Assembly: GCA_950097015.1 (NCBI GenBank)
Contig: CATNEN010000034.1
Span: forward strand, 5,394,001 to 5,458,000
Source of the DNA: Macrostomum hystrix
Lineage: Eukaryota; Animalia; Platyhelminthes
DNA length: 64,000 nt
Direction: 5' to 3'
Each line of letters opens with the position of its first letter. Position 1 is the first letter of the stretch. The translations under genes and the position numbers were made by a program. This document shows positions 24,101 through 37,000 of the stretch, piece after piece. The notes beneath the pieces are model-generated. The model was not told the DNA's origin. It made no database searches and worked only from the letters and a program-made list of their open reading frames with translations.

Positions 24101-27100
24101 TTATTATGATAGCGGTAATAGGCATAAGATTCTATATTAGTCTAGGAATTACTGACGAGATAGAGACGATTTAGCAATATGTTTTATTTAAAAAATAGTT
24201 TTTTTGTATCCATTTGCCTGGGAAACAGAAATTTGTATTTGATGCTTCTCAACAGATTCTATTTCGTTTATAAACGTATCAAAACATTAGATATAAAACT
24301 ACAATGTTACTTTCAATCATTCCGCTTACCCTTAGATTGATTTGTAGGCTTGTGAGATGTACGAGTGTGCTCCTAAATGCGCCAATATGCCAGCTGTTGA
24401 TGAATTGAATTAAACGCACCTCTGCACTCGTGGCTGCTATATAGAGTCTATATAGGACTTCAACTGTTTGATGTTTGAATAATTCACCAGTCCATATATA
24501 ATTTTAAGGTGGCGAGCACATGTCTAGTCATGCCTGCCTGCCTTGCTGCATCTACACTTGTTAAAGAGATTTGCGCTTATAGATTGTTTAAGCAACTTGA
24601 TGAAGGTGCCAGCTGAATTCCATGTGTCAAGCCCGTACTGAAAAGTGGTTTGAATTAAAAAAGAGTGTTGCCATAATGGCCTGGGTTGCTGTTAGGCGCA
24701 AAGCTACCATGCAGCATCAGCCAGAGTGTTCCCGTCGTTGACAGACGTTTTACGCAAACAAAGTGCAAGAAAACACTGGACTTCGTAGGCGAGAAAAAAA
24801 ATTTATGGCAGGTTTTGGGAAAGTTTCAGCTCCCGACTGAGATATCCTCACTTCCTGTACTCCTAATCAATGTCAGCTAGGAAGCTAGTCCCATGGCCGC
24901 TTCAAAATTCTTCCTGTGGGGATGAACATGGACCAATACTTTTTTTCGCTTAGGCTTATGATTCCGACTCTCAGTCAGTCCCAACTGTTGTCCAAATAAT
25001 GACTTTGGGAAGGTATACAAAAACCAGATTTAGCGTGATTATGAAGATCCTAGAAATGTGATCAATACTTATATTATATAAACGTATATAATTGTGTTTA
25101 CGTTCTTAGTGTAAAGATCGACGCAGTTTCTGGTATTAGCATAAACATCGAAACGTCGTCAGATATATGTAGTGAGAATTTATTCGAAACTCATATGATT
25201 AGATCTTAACACAGATACTCGTACTAGACTACGCTAGATATGTCACTCGCGAAAAATGTGTTGGGCTACTCTTTTTTCAGTAGCAGAATTCGCGCTTTTG
25301 TTTTTTGCAATTTCGAAAATCTCAATTGCTCGTTATTATAATTAAAGCGTGCAGTGTGTATATGTCTGAGCAACCTGCATGATGATAAGCTTTCAAAAAG
25401 TAGTCACTCAATTAATTTCTTTGGCACTGTCTCAAAGCCGGACAGTTACAGGCGCGGCGCTGTCCAAAAATTTTATAGATGGATCTGGAAAGTCGAAGCT
25501 TCGGTTTCGGTTTCGACGTCCAAGACTGGCGACATGCCGATCGATGACAATTCTATGAGGTAATAATAAAAGGAAAAGGAAAAGGAAAAATTGAAATCTC
25601 ATTACTTTTTACTGGGATCGACTTTAGACGTAACAAAAAAATACACTCCTCACTCAGCCTTAGTGGTGAAACGTGCTGAACACTACTTCCGATATCCATT
25701 TTATTCTGAATTTAATTAAAATGTTACTGTTCCTCATTATATTTAAGCGTTTACAGATTAAGAGGGCTTCTCGTAAAATAAAAAACTCCTTCTGTGAAAG
25801 ATATAATGAACATCTAGGTAAAAGTTTATTATAGTTTTGTTCTTTCTACGACACTCTTATTTTAAATAAACAAGATCATGTCATATTTAACGAGTCCATG
25901 CTGCTACGAGTATTATGTACACTAACTAACCACAAAAGTAATTCAAATTTTAGTCATTATTTTACTATACATGATTCTAAATGGATATTAGCATTACACA
26001 GTTGTTAAAGTTTATTATGTTTATGATTACTTTCTTTTGCAAAAATAGCACTAAAATAACTAAATCAGATTCTTGACAGCTAATCAGATTCACTGGATTC
26101 TTATGTGAATATAATGCAATGCAATTTTATCAAGGCAAATCTCCACTTTAGATGTTATTAATAAAATGTTGCCTTTTTGAAGTTTAGGTTTAGGCCTAGT
26201 GCAAAAAATTTACTATATCAATCATGTGCTAATACAAATACAAATACAAATAATACACATGTTTTGGGACACTGGAAATTTTTTGTTTGCCTTGTGTATT
26301 GATAAATTATTTTAAATTTAGACATCCTTGTCTAATTATCTTCAACCCTATGTACAAAAATGCTAAGCTCTGGGTTTGATTCTTTTCTTTTGGTACAATG
26401 GCACCATATTTAACTAATTGTTGCTTTTGTTATGTAGTAGCTGATTGCCCATTGTTACACATAAAGTATAGTAAGTATTTTCCTAGATCTTATATTATAT
26501 GTTGTGACTTTTTTTAATTACATTATATACCATAAAATTATGCATTACATATATGAAATTTGAAATTTGACAAAAGATCTAAGAAACTACTTATAATACC
26601 CTAATGTGTAATAGTGGGCAATGATTAATGTGTTATGGTGGCATGTTACAAATAGATGATTGATTTGTACATTTTATAGGCTTAATAAATAAAAAAGTGA
26701 TGCAACTTTTCATAGTCATGAAAAATATTTGAATGTTGGATTTAACTAGATTCAGATTTTATGTAACTAAAACTAGATTTAATGTATAAATTTTAGGCAT
26801 GTCACTAACTTATAAATTTTTACCTAACTAATATTTTATAGACAATGTTTTGTGACTCTATAAGCTTATAAGTATTTAAGTTCTCTTGCATATGGGTTTT
26901 CTTATTTAATCATATTATATTGTATTTTTCACACAAAGCACCAACTAGTATATGAATTATAAACCTTGTTCAGTTTGAGTGATACACTGTTCTGTTGGTC
27001 ATATGTTAGGCCTACCCTAGTGGTCATAGATTTGAATCTAGGAAATCTTAGCTATCTACACCATATGACACAATATTGATTAGTTATTGTTAAAAGGTCT

Positions 27101-27584
27101 TATTTAGCATAATTCTATTATGCTAATAGAATTCACGTGTGTGACATTGTTAAGACAGACGTACATAATTCTATTAGCATAAGGGATAAAGAAATCACAA
27201 AATGTTTATAAAGGAATAAAGCTAGCAAGTAATATTAGTAGCATCTTACAAATGTAAAATATGTAAAATATATATATATTGTTAATTGAAAAATTATTAT
27301 TTATAGTTGTTTGGCCTATCTATCAATTGAAAGGTTGATATAAAATACATTTTGTAAATAAATAAAATAATTCAACATAATATGCAAAAATGTGATTTTT
27401 TTAGAAATAAGCTAGTTATGTAAGTGTTTGTCATGATTTTTATGCCTATAAGTTATGTAATTTTGGGTAAATTTTCCACCTATTGTATGATCTCAAAATG
27501 TAATATTCTATTGCCACACCTAATTTCATAATTGATAACAACCAAATTGCAGCAATTGTCCAGTATCATGCATCTTGCATTAAA

Positions 27585-29345
27585 ATGAAGAGAAAAGGCC
27601 AAAAATCTGACCAACCAGCTGCTAAGAAGCGAGTTAAGCTAAGAAGCTTAAACCATCTAATTACTTGCAAGCTGTGCAAGGGTTATTTAATTGATGCAGC
27701 AACTGTTACAGAGTGCTTGCACACATGTGAGTCAGAGCTGTCATCATTTTTTACTCACTGATTTTATTATCTGTATTTAAATAGTGCTGATAACTATTTC
27801 TTTATACCTAAATTCATTGACTTTGCAGTCTGCAAATCCTGTATCGTAAAACACCTGGAAACTAAGAATACATGCCCAGAGTGTGGCATTTTAATTCATC
27901 ACAGTCACCCACTGCACTACATCAGGTAAATGGATGAGTTACATGTTGTGTTTTTATATGTTTAGCGACCTTGTTAACGATAGAATAACTAGATGGGTTT
28001 TTGTTTGACCCATTGACCATAAACTATGAATTTCGATTATTAGAGGACCCGTATGACATAGACTATTGTTTCTTGGAATATCAGTGGACCATAGACTATG
28101 CAATATTAAAGGACCATAGACTATGCAATATTAAAGGACCATAGACTATGCAATATTAAAGGACCAGTATACTGCAGACTGATGGGAAATTCAATTGTTT
28201 AATTATTGGACAATTTAATTAAGAGCAAAAGCCGAATTACCATTGCACACATCGTCCTCTCCCACACCACTGACAGCCTGGACCGCACCCTCCAAGATGT
28301 GGTCTACAAGCTCGTACCGAATCTTCTTCAACGAGAGCGCGAACGGGAAGCTAAGTTCTATCGTAGGCGCGGCCTGGAACCGCCCAACAGGGAGGAGTCG
28401 GCCTCTGTGGCGCGCCATCTTGCCCAGACTTTGATTGCTTCTTCTGATTGCGGTCCTTCAACCTCAGCGGCATCGTCAGCTAATTTTAATCGTGGAAATC
28501 ACCATAGCAACAACGGAGACGCCAACAATGCTGACGAGGATTTCGGGCGTGGAATACAGCGACACGAAGTCAAGCAGGAAAAAGATTCGGCTAATGATGG
28601 TCATCGAGGAGATGAACAGGTGAGCTTTTTCAGTGGAGCATGACCTACTGAATGACTAGTTAATAGCGCATGACCCACTGAATGGCTACGTGATGAAACA
28701 TAACCCACTGAATGACTAGTTGATGGGGCATGACCCACTGAACGGCTACTTGATGAAACATGACCCACTGAATGACTAGTTGATGGGGCATGACCCACTG
28801 AATGACTTGTTGATGGGGCATGACCCACTGAATGAGTAGTTGGTAGAACATGACCCACTGAATGAGTAGTTGGTAGAACATGACCCACTGAATGAGTAGT
28901 TGGTAGAACATGACCCACTGAATGAGTAGTTGGTAGAACATGACCCACTGAATGAGTAGTTGGTAGAACATGACCCACTGAATAACTAGTTTATGTAACA
29001 TGACCCACTGAATGACTAGTTTATGTAACATGACCCACTGAATGACTAGTTTATGTAACATGACCCACTGAATGACTAGTTTATGTAACATGACCCACTG
29101 AATGACTAGTTTATGTAACATGACCCACTGAATTACTAGTACACAGTGTTCTATCAACTCTTGTCCCTCCCCAGGTGAGTCTGAGGCTAGTCACGGCTGA
29201 ACCGGAGCTCAAACAAATTGATCGTATGTACATCCGCCTGTCCGCTCTGGCCACCGTCACGCACGTGAAGAAGTACATTGCCATGCAAGTATTCGAAGAC
29301 GCTAATCGTCATTGCAGTTCTGCTGCTCTCGGAATTTTTAATTAG
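27585..29345 (+). CDS. PCGF3: Polycomb group RING finger protein 3-like, copy 1, C-terminally truncated (250 aa)
   Basis: Exons 27585-27726, 27829-27925, 28277-28619, 29175-29345. RING [42 protein letters not shown]. Last exon cut by the duplication junction after FEDANR, reading through to HCSSAALGIFN-stop. Confidence 0.85.
28086..28165. repeat. 25-bp unit x3 (x1 in copy 2 at 38006)
   Basis: GGACCATAGACTATGCAATATTAAA; accounts for the 50-bp offset change between copies. Confidence 0.9.
28638..29135. repeat. 30-bp minisatellite (CATGACCCACTGAATGACTAGTT...)n in PCGF intron 3, copy 1
   Basis: Tandem units with variant blocks. Confidence 0.95.
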
Positions 29346-29803
29346 CCTGGCCCTGACCTGGCCGACTGGTAATGATCTGCTGAACTGTTTTTACAGAAAA
29401 TGGGCTTCTTGTCAAATTTCTACAAATGTAGAATTTTTTTTGTTTAGAGCTTAGAAGTAATTTGTATCGCAAACTGAGCAGCAGGGAGACTCAGTACTCA
29501 ATTCCTACTAATTTTCAGCGAACTGTGGCGCAAAGCGTGCTGGCAACAGTATTGAACCTAAAAGATGCAAAAGACCAAGGCGAAGAACACTGGCTTCTCA
29601 AACTCGTTGATTCACACTTATTCGGTATATTGATTTAGTTTGCATTATCTTGAAATTTGCTTTTTTGCACTAAATCGAGTCTTTGTAGTAAATGGGTCAT
29701 TATGAAAAAAAAACATTACGCGCGCGTCATCGAAAACACATACTTGCAATACATGGCAAGGCGTAATATAAAACGGAACTTACCTGACTACTAACCAGAT
29801 CTT

Positions 29804-32800
29804 TCAAGAAAAATGGTGGCTCAGAGACGGACAGAGAAGGAGAGCGTATCTTCCTGTCTTTCTAAGCATGAGCACAAGAGGTTAAACTTTGCTCACCAAC
29901 AATGTAGGTGAGGTTGCCCTGATTCACGAGGCTGCAGGTGAAGTTGCCCAGCTGCAGGATTGTCACCAGACAATAGCCAGCCGGTGTGTCTGGCGTGTTC
30001 ATGATCGTGTCATCGTCGTAGACTGACAGATTCACCTGCTGTCCGAGCTGAAATCTGGCATCCAATAGTTGGTTCCAGGTGGGATTTAGTGTGTCTGAAA
30101 CACGAGGATAGGTGTGGTTCACGTGGTCCGACAAGTATCTATGAGAGCCAATTGTACAAATCACGTGACTTTAGGCTGCTCGAGTCGCAGAGTAAGTACA
30201 CTTACTTAGGAGGGTATTGGTATTGGCTCCACAGTTTGGATCGTAGACTGCTACCACAACCAGAGGGTTGGGTTTGCTGCTGCCAATGAATGCCAAATTA
30301 ATGGCAAACTGTACCAGAATTTTGTAAGTACCTGTCGGTGGAATAATGCAGACATCAGGCTGTAACGCGTTACCTCTATGGATAGATGCATTGATGAATT
30401 ATACCTATCTCTGTGGGGCTACACATACAGCCAGTGACACAGCCGGAGTTTTTATGAAGGCTTTTTAGTCCGAGGACTGGCCAGGCCGCCGCACCCACGA
30501 AAAGTTATACATCAACTAACGCTGGTATAGATTTTACAGCTGGGTGATCTGAACAACTAAACAATTATGTGTCTTGCTCAAGGACAGGAATTTCTCAGAC
30601 TAATAATCTGAAGCACGCAACAAAGATCTTCTGGTCTGTCTTTCTATCAAGAAAGAAAATACACACGAGCGTAAACTACGAGTATGTGGAAACATTTTGT
30701 CGAGACAGCATAAGTTTTAAATTTGACGGAAACTATGTACAAAAATACGAATCCCGAACCCAAATCCCACCTGGTCTCACCGGAGGTGTCAGACGAGATT
30801 GTGAAAGCCAGAAAGCCCCACATGCTAAGCGCGCAAGTGTGAACACCTGCCGTCAGGCTCTTGACACAATAGCCTAACCGAACCCTGTTGTAGATGCCTC
30901 CATTATTGTGAAACACTTCGAGGCGCACGAATGCGGAGCTGTTGGTATAGCTGATAGGCAGATTGTAGTTCCAGACTGGATCACTCGTGTCTGTAATGCA
31001 GAACGAGACTTTTAGCCAACTACTGAGGGAAGGTTCAACAACGATTAAGGAGTATGGAAAAATTTTTAAATGTTGGATCAATGCAGCGATCTGGCCGATT
31101 TCCCAGTCTCTTTTTCTCTTTCTCTTTCATTTTTGTGTTGTACCCGTAGCGTTATGCTCTCCGGTCGTGACAGGCTTGATTCACATTTAACCTTGATCAG
31201 CGGGTGGCTGAGTGGCAGAGCGCTTAACGCGTTTGCCTCTCGCACTAAGGTCATTGAGCTCGATTCCGCGGTGAGGCCACATTCATTTGGGGCGCAGCCG
31301 CGGAGAGAAGGCTTGTGGCTTGTCGTGCAATTTACGCCCTTAAGGGGCAACCTCATAGACACAGTGGAAGTGTACACTGCCTGACAATAAGAAAGTCAGG
31401 GCAGATGTACACACCCCAGTGTGAGTGTGTGCCTGCGTACGGTATCTGTACGCATGTGTGCTCAGGAGTTAGTGGAATGGGCAGAACGGCCTCCTCGCTG
31501 GCTGTGGGTCTACTGTCACCAAATGATTTGATAATAATTTTAACCTTGACCAGCAAGAAAATTTTTCTCACCCTCCTCCGCATGTCATTGGCTGACCCGG
31601 CCTGACAGTGGTTTTGTTCACCCTCCACCGCGGGCCATTGGCTCAGCGGGCCGGTCAGCTTAGTAGCCGGATTTTCTCTGCCCCTTCTAGCCAGCCCAGG
31701 TTGTACAACCCTCCAGCTTTGCATTTCTGCTCCCGTGTGCTATCTCGAGTGTGTGGGCTGCAGAGTCTAGAGCGCTGTTGCTCGTTTCTTAAATCTCTTT
31801 CAAAAAAAGAAATAAGCATTGTGCAGGACATCGCGATGGGGATCAAAAAAGTTCCTTGGTTCCTTTGACGTTTGAATATTATTGCCACACCGCTTCAGGG
31901 GTCGAACTGAATGGGTTTTACTCGTTGGGCTAAAATGAATCCAGAATTGGTTGACTTCTCGCCAACCATCCTAGCACTCCTAAAGTCTGGAATTGCCGTA
32001 TAAACTACTGTCTATACGGCAATTCTAAACACTAAAAGTTCACATTTTGCATATAAGACAGTATATATTATTAATTATATGGACAGCTTACTTGTGACTG
32101 TAGGAGTCTCTTGGGCCAAAGTTTGAGCACAGGCTGGCACCGGGCTGGCTTGCGCATACGGATCCGTGCCATGAATCTCACCCGGGTCAAGATTTGGTAG
32201 GCCACTGGCTGACACAATCGTTATGGTGTAGTATGCTAGCGGTGCATCTGATAAAGAGAGGACGCTTCTTGATTTAATTGATTCACAAAGGAGATTACAA
32301 TTTCAATCGCGTTTCGATTCACTCCAGCAATTCACTGAACTTTTCGCAAGATTAAAACTTGCAAAAAGTTACGTCGGTTTTAGTATGTTGGACTAGCTAT
32401 TTCAAACCCCAGAGGGTCCAATGCGAGATCTCTTTTTAGATCTCTGATGAAGGCAGATTGAGTTTCATTAACTCAAGCAGAACAGTTTTGCTGAATTATT
32501 ATTTTATGGTCCCAACTTCTTTATTGCTAAATTTCAGTAATCGGATAAAATATTGGACTTTTTACTCACTTTCCATATAAAATGTGATAAAACCGTGGCT
32601 ATTGCTGCTGCCGGACTTCATCAGCTGGCACTGTATGTACCCGATCAGGTTACCATTGACTGTGCACTCGCCAATGAGCTTGTCAGTGCCAGAATAATCA
32701 TAGTCGTAGGTGTTGATATTGAAGCTGCCTGAATTCCAGGCTGGGTTAATCGGACAGTTGTAATTCCAGAGCGCCTCGATTTGTCGACACTTATCTGGGA

Positions 32801-33074
32801 AAAATCACCGGAAGTTGCAATCTGGGATTGGGTTGGCTGTCGAAATGATTATCTGCGTTGACTTACTAGTTTTGTGAGGTGTTTCGCACAACGCAAAGCC
32901 ATCCTTCATCACCTTAACGTAGGGATCAGACGATGTGCCCGAGTTGTCCAAGCAGTCCAATTGGATTCCATTGATAATAACCAGAGCTGCATTAGCCACG
33001 GTTAAAAAAATGGGTGAGAAGTGCAGCAGAAACATGGGCGCCAAAACCATATACATTTTATCGCTGGTGTACAC
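29804..33074 (-). CDS. Secreted triple C2-domain protein, paralog E2 (duplicate of E1)
   Basis: Exons 33074-32867, 32794-32570, 32247-32092, 30990-30781, 30331-30206, 30094-29897, plus tentative 29853-29804. Noticed differences from E1: ISP to INP and one synonymous change in exon 2. Confidence 0.82.
31202..31538 (+). mobile_element. SINE family 1 (duplicate of 21281-21617)
   Basis: Identical to copy 1 by eye. Confidence 0.92.
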
Positions 33075-33669
33075 ATGTGATCCCGGTTCCTCAACTCAGC
33101 CTATGAATTATTGGAAATGCACAATAATAATTTTAACGATAGAAATTCAAAACATTACAGCATTTACAGTTAGTTCAGTAGTTGCTCAAGAATGCTGAAA
33201 ATGATTTTCGAGCGTATGAGTCCATATCCCTCCTTATTGTTCCTGCACTTCTTCCTATCTGGCATTCCATATGGCACAATAGCTTTTTAAAAGCTTTAAA
33301 AGGCTATACTTGCCATTAAAATTTTAAAGTTCACATTAGACCCACATGCATATTCGTAACTCAGGCTCAAGTCAGAATGGTGATAGGAAGCAGCTGAAAC
33401 GCAAGCATTAGCAAAACGTATGCTCAATAAGGACAGCTCAATAAGTCATAAATCGGCTCAGTGAGGGAGCAATTTGCCTGGCAACGAGAAATTCATGACA
33501 GATGCAAATGCACTCGAACGGATACATGTGCGTGTGTGTAACAGTGCGCTCAATGCATGATTCAGCGAATTGTATAGAATTGACTCCTCGCCGGGTGTGG
33601 GTCGACCACATCACCATCACCAAACGATGCGCCAGAGACCAGAGTAACTGCTAAAATAATTTTTTTATG

Positions 33670-34020
33670 AAGCGTTGTGCGCGATACCAAAAAAGTAACG
33701 GCGATGGCGGTAACGATCGTTACTGAACATTTGGTAACGGAAAAGTAAAGTAATGAAGAAGTAAAAAAATAGTCACTATATCGTTACTTTTAATCGGTAC
33801 TTTCCGTTTTTTTTACTTTTTTTTCTATAAATCTACTATTTTTACGTAAGCATACCATAAATACATGTAGCTTTGTTTATCGGTCATTGCTCATATCATG
33901 TGTTGTAATCTCCAATCTACAATTGCTAATAATAGAGTCAAAATTGAATATTATTTACTAGAAATTTTTTTTATTCCTTACCAAATTGGTAACTAGTAAC
34001 GTGTAACGCGCCCAACACTG
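33670..34020. mobile_element. hAT-type MITE (duplicate of 23750-24100)
   Basis: Same TIRs and TSD. Confidence 0.75.
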
Positions 34021-37000
34021 TTATTATGATAGCGGTAATAGGCATAAGATTCTATATTAGTCTAGGAATTACTGACGAGATAGAGACGATTTAGCAATAT
34101 GTTTTATTTAAAAAATAGTTTTTTTGTATCCATTTGCCTGGGAAACAGAAATTTGTATTTGATGCTTCTCAACAGATTCTATTTCGTTTATAAACGTATC
34201 AAAACATTAGATATAAAACTACAATGTTACTTTCAATCATTCCGCTTACCCTTAGATTGATTTGTAGGCTTGTGAGATGTACGAGTGTGCTCCTAAATGC
34301 GCCAATATGCCAGCTGTTGATGAATTGAATTAAACGCACCTCTGCACTCGTGGCTGCTATATAGAGTCTATATAGGACTTCAACTGTTTGATGTTTGAAT
34401 AATTCACCAGTCCATATATAATTTTAAGGTGGCGAGCACATGTCTAGTCATGCCTGCCTGCCTTGCTGCATCTACACTTGTTAAAGAGATTTGCGCTTAT
34501 AGATTGTTTAAGCAACTTGATGAAGGTGCCAGCTGAATTCCATGTGTCAAGCCCGTACTGAAAAGTGGTTTGAATTAAAAAAGAGTGTTGCCATAATGGC
34601 CTGGGTTGCTGTTAGGCGCAAAGCTACCATGCAGCATCAGCCAGAGTGTTCCCGTCGTTGACAGACGTTTTACGCAAACAAAGTGCAAGAAAACACTGGA
34701 CTTCGTAGGCGAGAAAAAAAATTTATGGCAGGTTTTGGGAAAGTTTCAGCTCCCGACTGAGATATCCTCACTTCCTGTACTCCTAATCAATGTCAGCTAG
34801 GAAGCTAGTCCCATGGCCGCTTCAAAATTCTTCCTGTGGGGATGAACATGGACCAATACTTTTTTTCGCTTAGGCTTATGATTCCGACTCTCAGTCAGTC
34901 CCAACTGTTGTCCAAATAATGACTTTGGGAAGGTATACAAAAACCAGATTTAGCGTGATTATGAAGATCCTAGAAATGTGATCAATACTTATATTATATA
35001 AACGTATATAATTGTGTTTACGTTCTTAGTGTAAAGATCGACGCAGTTTCTGGTATTAGCATAAACATCGAAACGTCGTCAGATATATGTAGTGAGAATT
35101 TATTCGAAACTCATATGATTAGATCTTAACACAGATACTCGTACTAGACTACGCTAGATATGTCACTCGCGAAAAATGTGTTGGGCTACTCTTTTTTCAG
35201 TAGCAGAATTCGCGCTTTTGTTTTTTGCAATTTCGAAAATCTCAATTGCTCGTTATTATAATTAAAGCGTGCAGTGTGTATATGTCTGAGCAACCTGCAT
35301 GATGATAAGCTTTCAAAAAGTAGTCACTCAATTAATTTCTTTGGCACTGTCTCAAAGCCGGACAGTTACAGGCGCGGCGCTGTCCAAAAATTTTATAGAT
35401 GGATCTGGAAAGTCGAAGCTTCGGTTTCGGTTTCGACGTCCAAGACTGGCGACATGCCGATCGATGACAATTCTATGAGGTAATAATAAAAGGAAAAGGA
35501 AAAGGAAAAATTGAAATCTCATTACTTTTTACTGGGATCGACTTTAGACGTAACAAAAAAATACACTCCTCACTCAGCCTTAGTGGTGAAACGTGCTGAA
35601 CACTACTTCCGATATCCATTTTATTCTGAATTTAATTAAAATGTTACTGTTCCTCATTATATTTAAGCGTTTACAGATTAAGAGGGCTTCTCGTAAAATA
35701 AAAAACTCCTTCTGTGAAAGATATAATGAACATCTAGGTAAAAGTTTATTATAGTTTTGTTCTTTCTACGACACTCTTATTTTAAATAAACAAGATCATG
35801 TCATATTTAACGAGTCCATGCTGCTACGAGTATTATGTACACTAACTAACCACAAAAGTAATTCAAATTTTAGTCATTATTTTACTATACATGATTCTAA
35901 ATGGATATTAGCATTACACAGTTGTTAAAGTTTATTATGTTTATGATTACTTTCTTTTGCAAAAATAGCACTAAAATAACTAAATCAGATTCTTGACAGC
36001 TAATCAGATTCACTGGATTCTTATGTGAATATAATGCAATGCAATTTTATCAAGGCAAATCTCCACTTTAGATGTTATTAATAAAATGTTGCCTTTTTGA
36101 AGTTTAGGTTTAGGCCTAGTGCAAAAAATTTACTATATCAATCATGTGCTAATACAAATACAAATACAAATAATACACATGTTTTGGGACACTGGAAATT
36201 TTTTGTTTGCCTTGTGTATTGATAAATTATTTTAAATTTAGACATCCTTGTCTAATTATCTTCAACCCTATGTACAAAAATGCTAAGCTCTGGGTTTGAT
36301 TCTTTTCTTTTGGTACAATGGCACCATATTTAACTAATTGTTGCTTTTGTTATGTAGTAGCTGATTGCCCATTGTTACACATAAAGTATAGTAAGTATTT
36401 TCCTAGATCTTATATTATATGTTGTGACTTTTTTTAATTACATTATATACCATAAAATTATGCATTACATATATGAAATTTGAAATTTGACAAAAGATCT
36501 AAGAAACTACTTATAATACCCTAATGTGTAATAGTGGGCAATGATTAATGTGTTATGGTGGCATGTTACAAATAGATGATTGATTTGTACATTTTATAGG
36601 CTTAATAAATAAAAAAGTGATGCAACTTTTCATAGTCATGAAAAATATTTGAATGTTGGATTTAACTAGATTCAGATTTTATGTAACTAAAACTAGATTT
36701 AATGTATAAATTTTAGGCATGTCACTAACTTATAAATTTTTACCTAACTAATATTTTATAGACAATGTTTTGTGACTCTATAAGCTTATAAGTATTTAAG
36801 TTCTCTTGCATATGGGTTTTCTTATTTAATCATATTATATTGTATTTTTCACACAAAGCACCAACTAGTATATGAATTATAAACCTTGTTCAGTTTGAGT
36901 GATACACTGTTCTGTTGGTCATATGTTAGGCCTACCCTAGTGGTCATAGATTTGAATCTAGGAAATCTTAGCTATCTACACCATATGACACAATATTGAT

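Larger units (their letters stand above)
19386..29308. repeat. Tandem segmental duplication, copy 1 (9923 bp)
   Basis: Near-identical to 29309-39274; offset 9923 shrinking to 9870 through indels. Confidence 0.95.

Noticed and set aside
25560-27560. Very AT-rich 2-kb block as possible foreign or organellar DNA
   Set aside because: No ORFs or RNA-gene similarity; bounded by plausible GT and AG sites, so best explained as a PCGF 5' intron.
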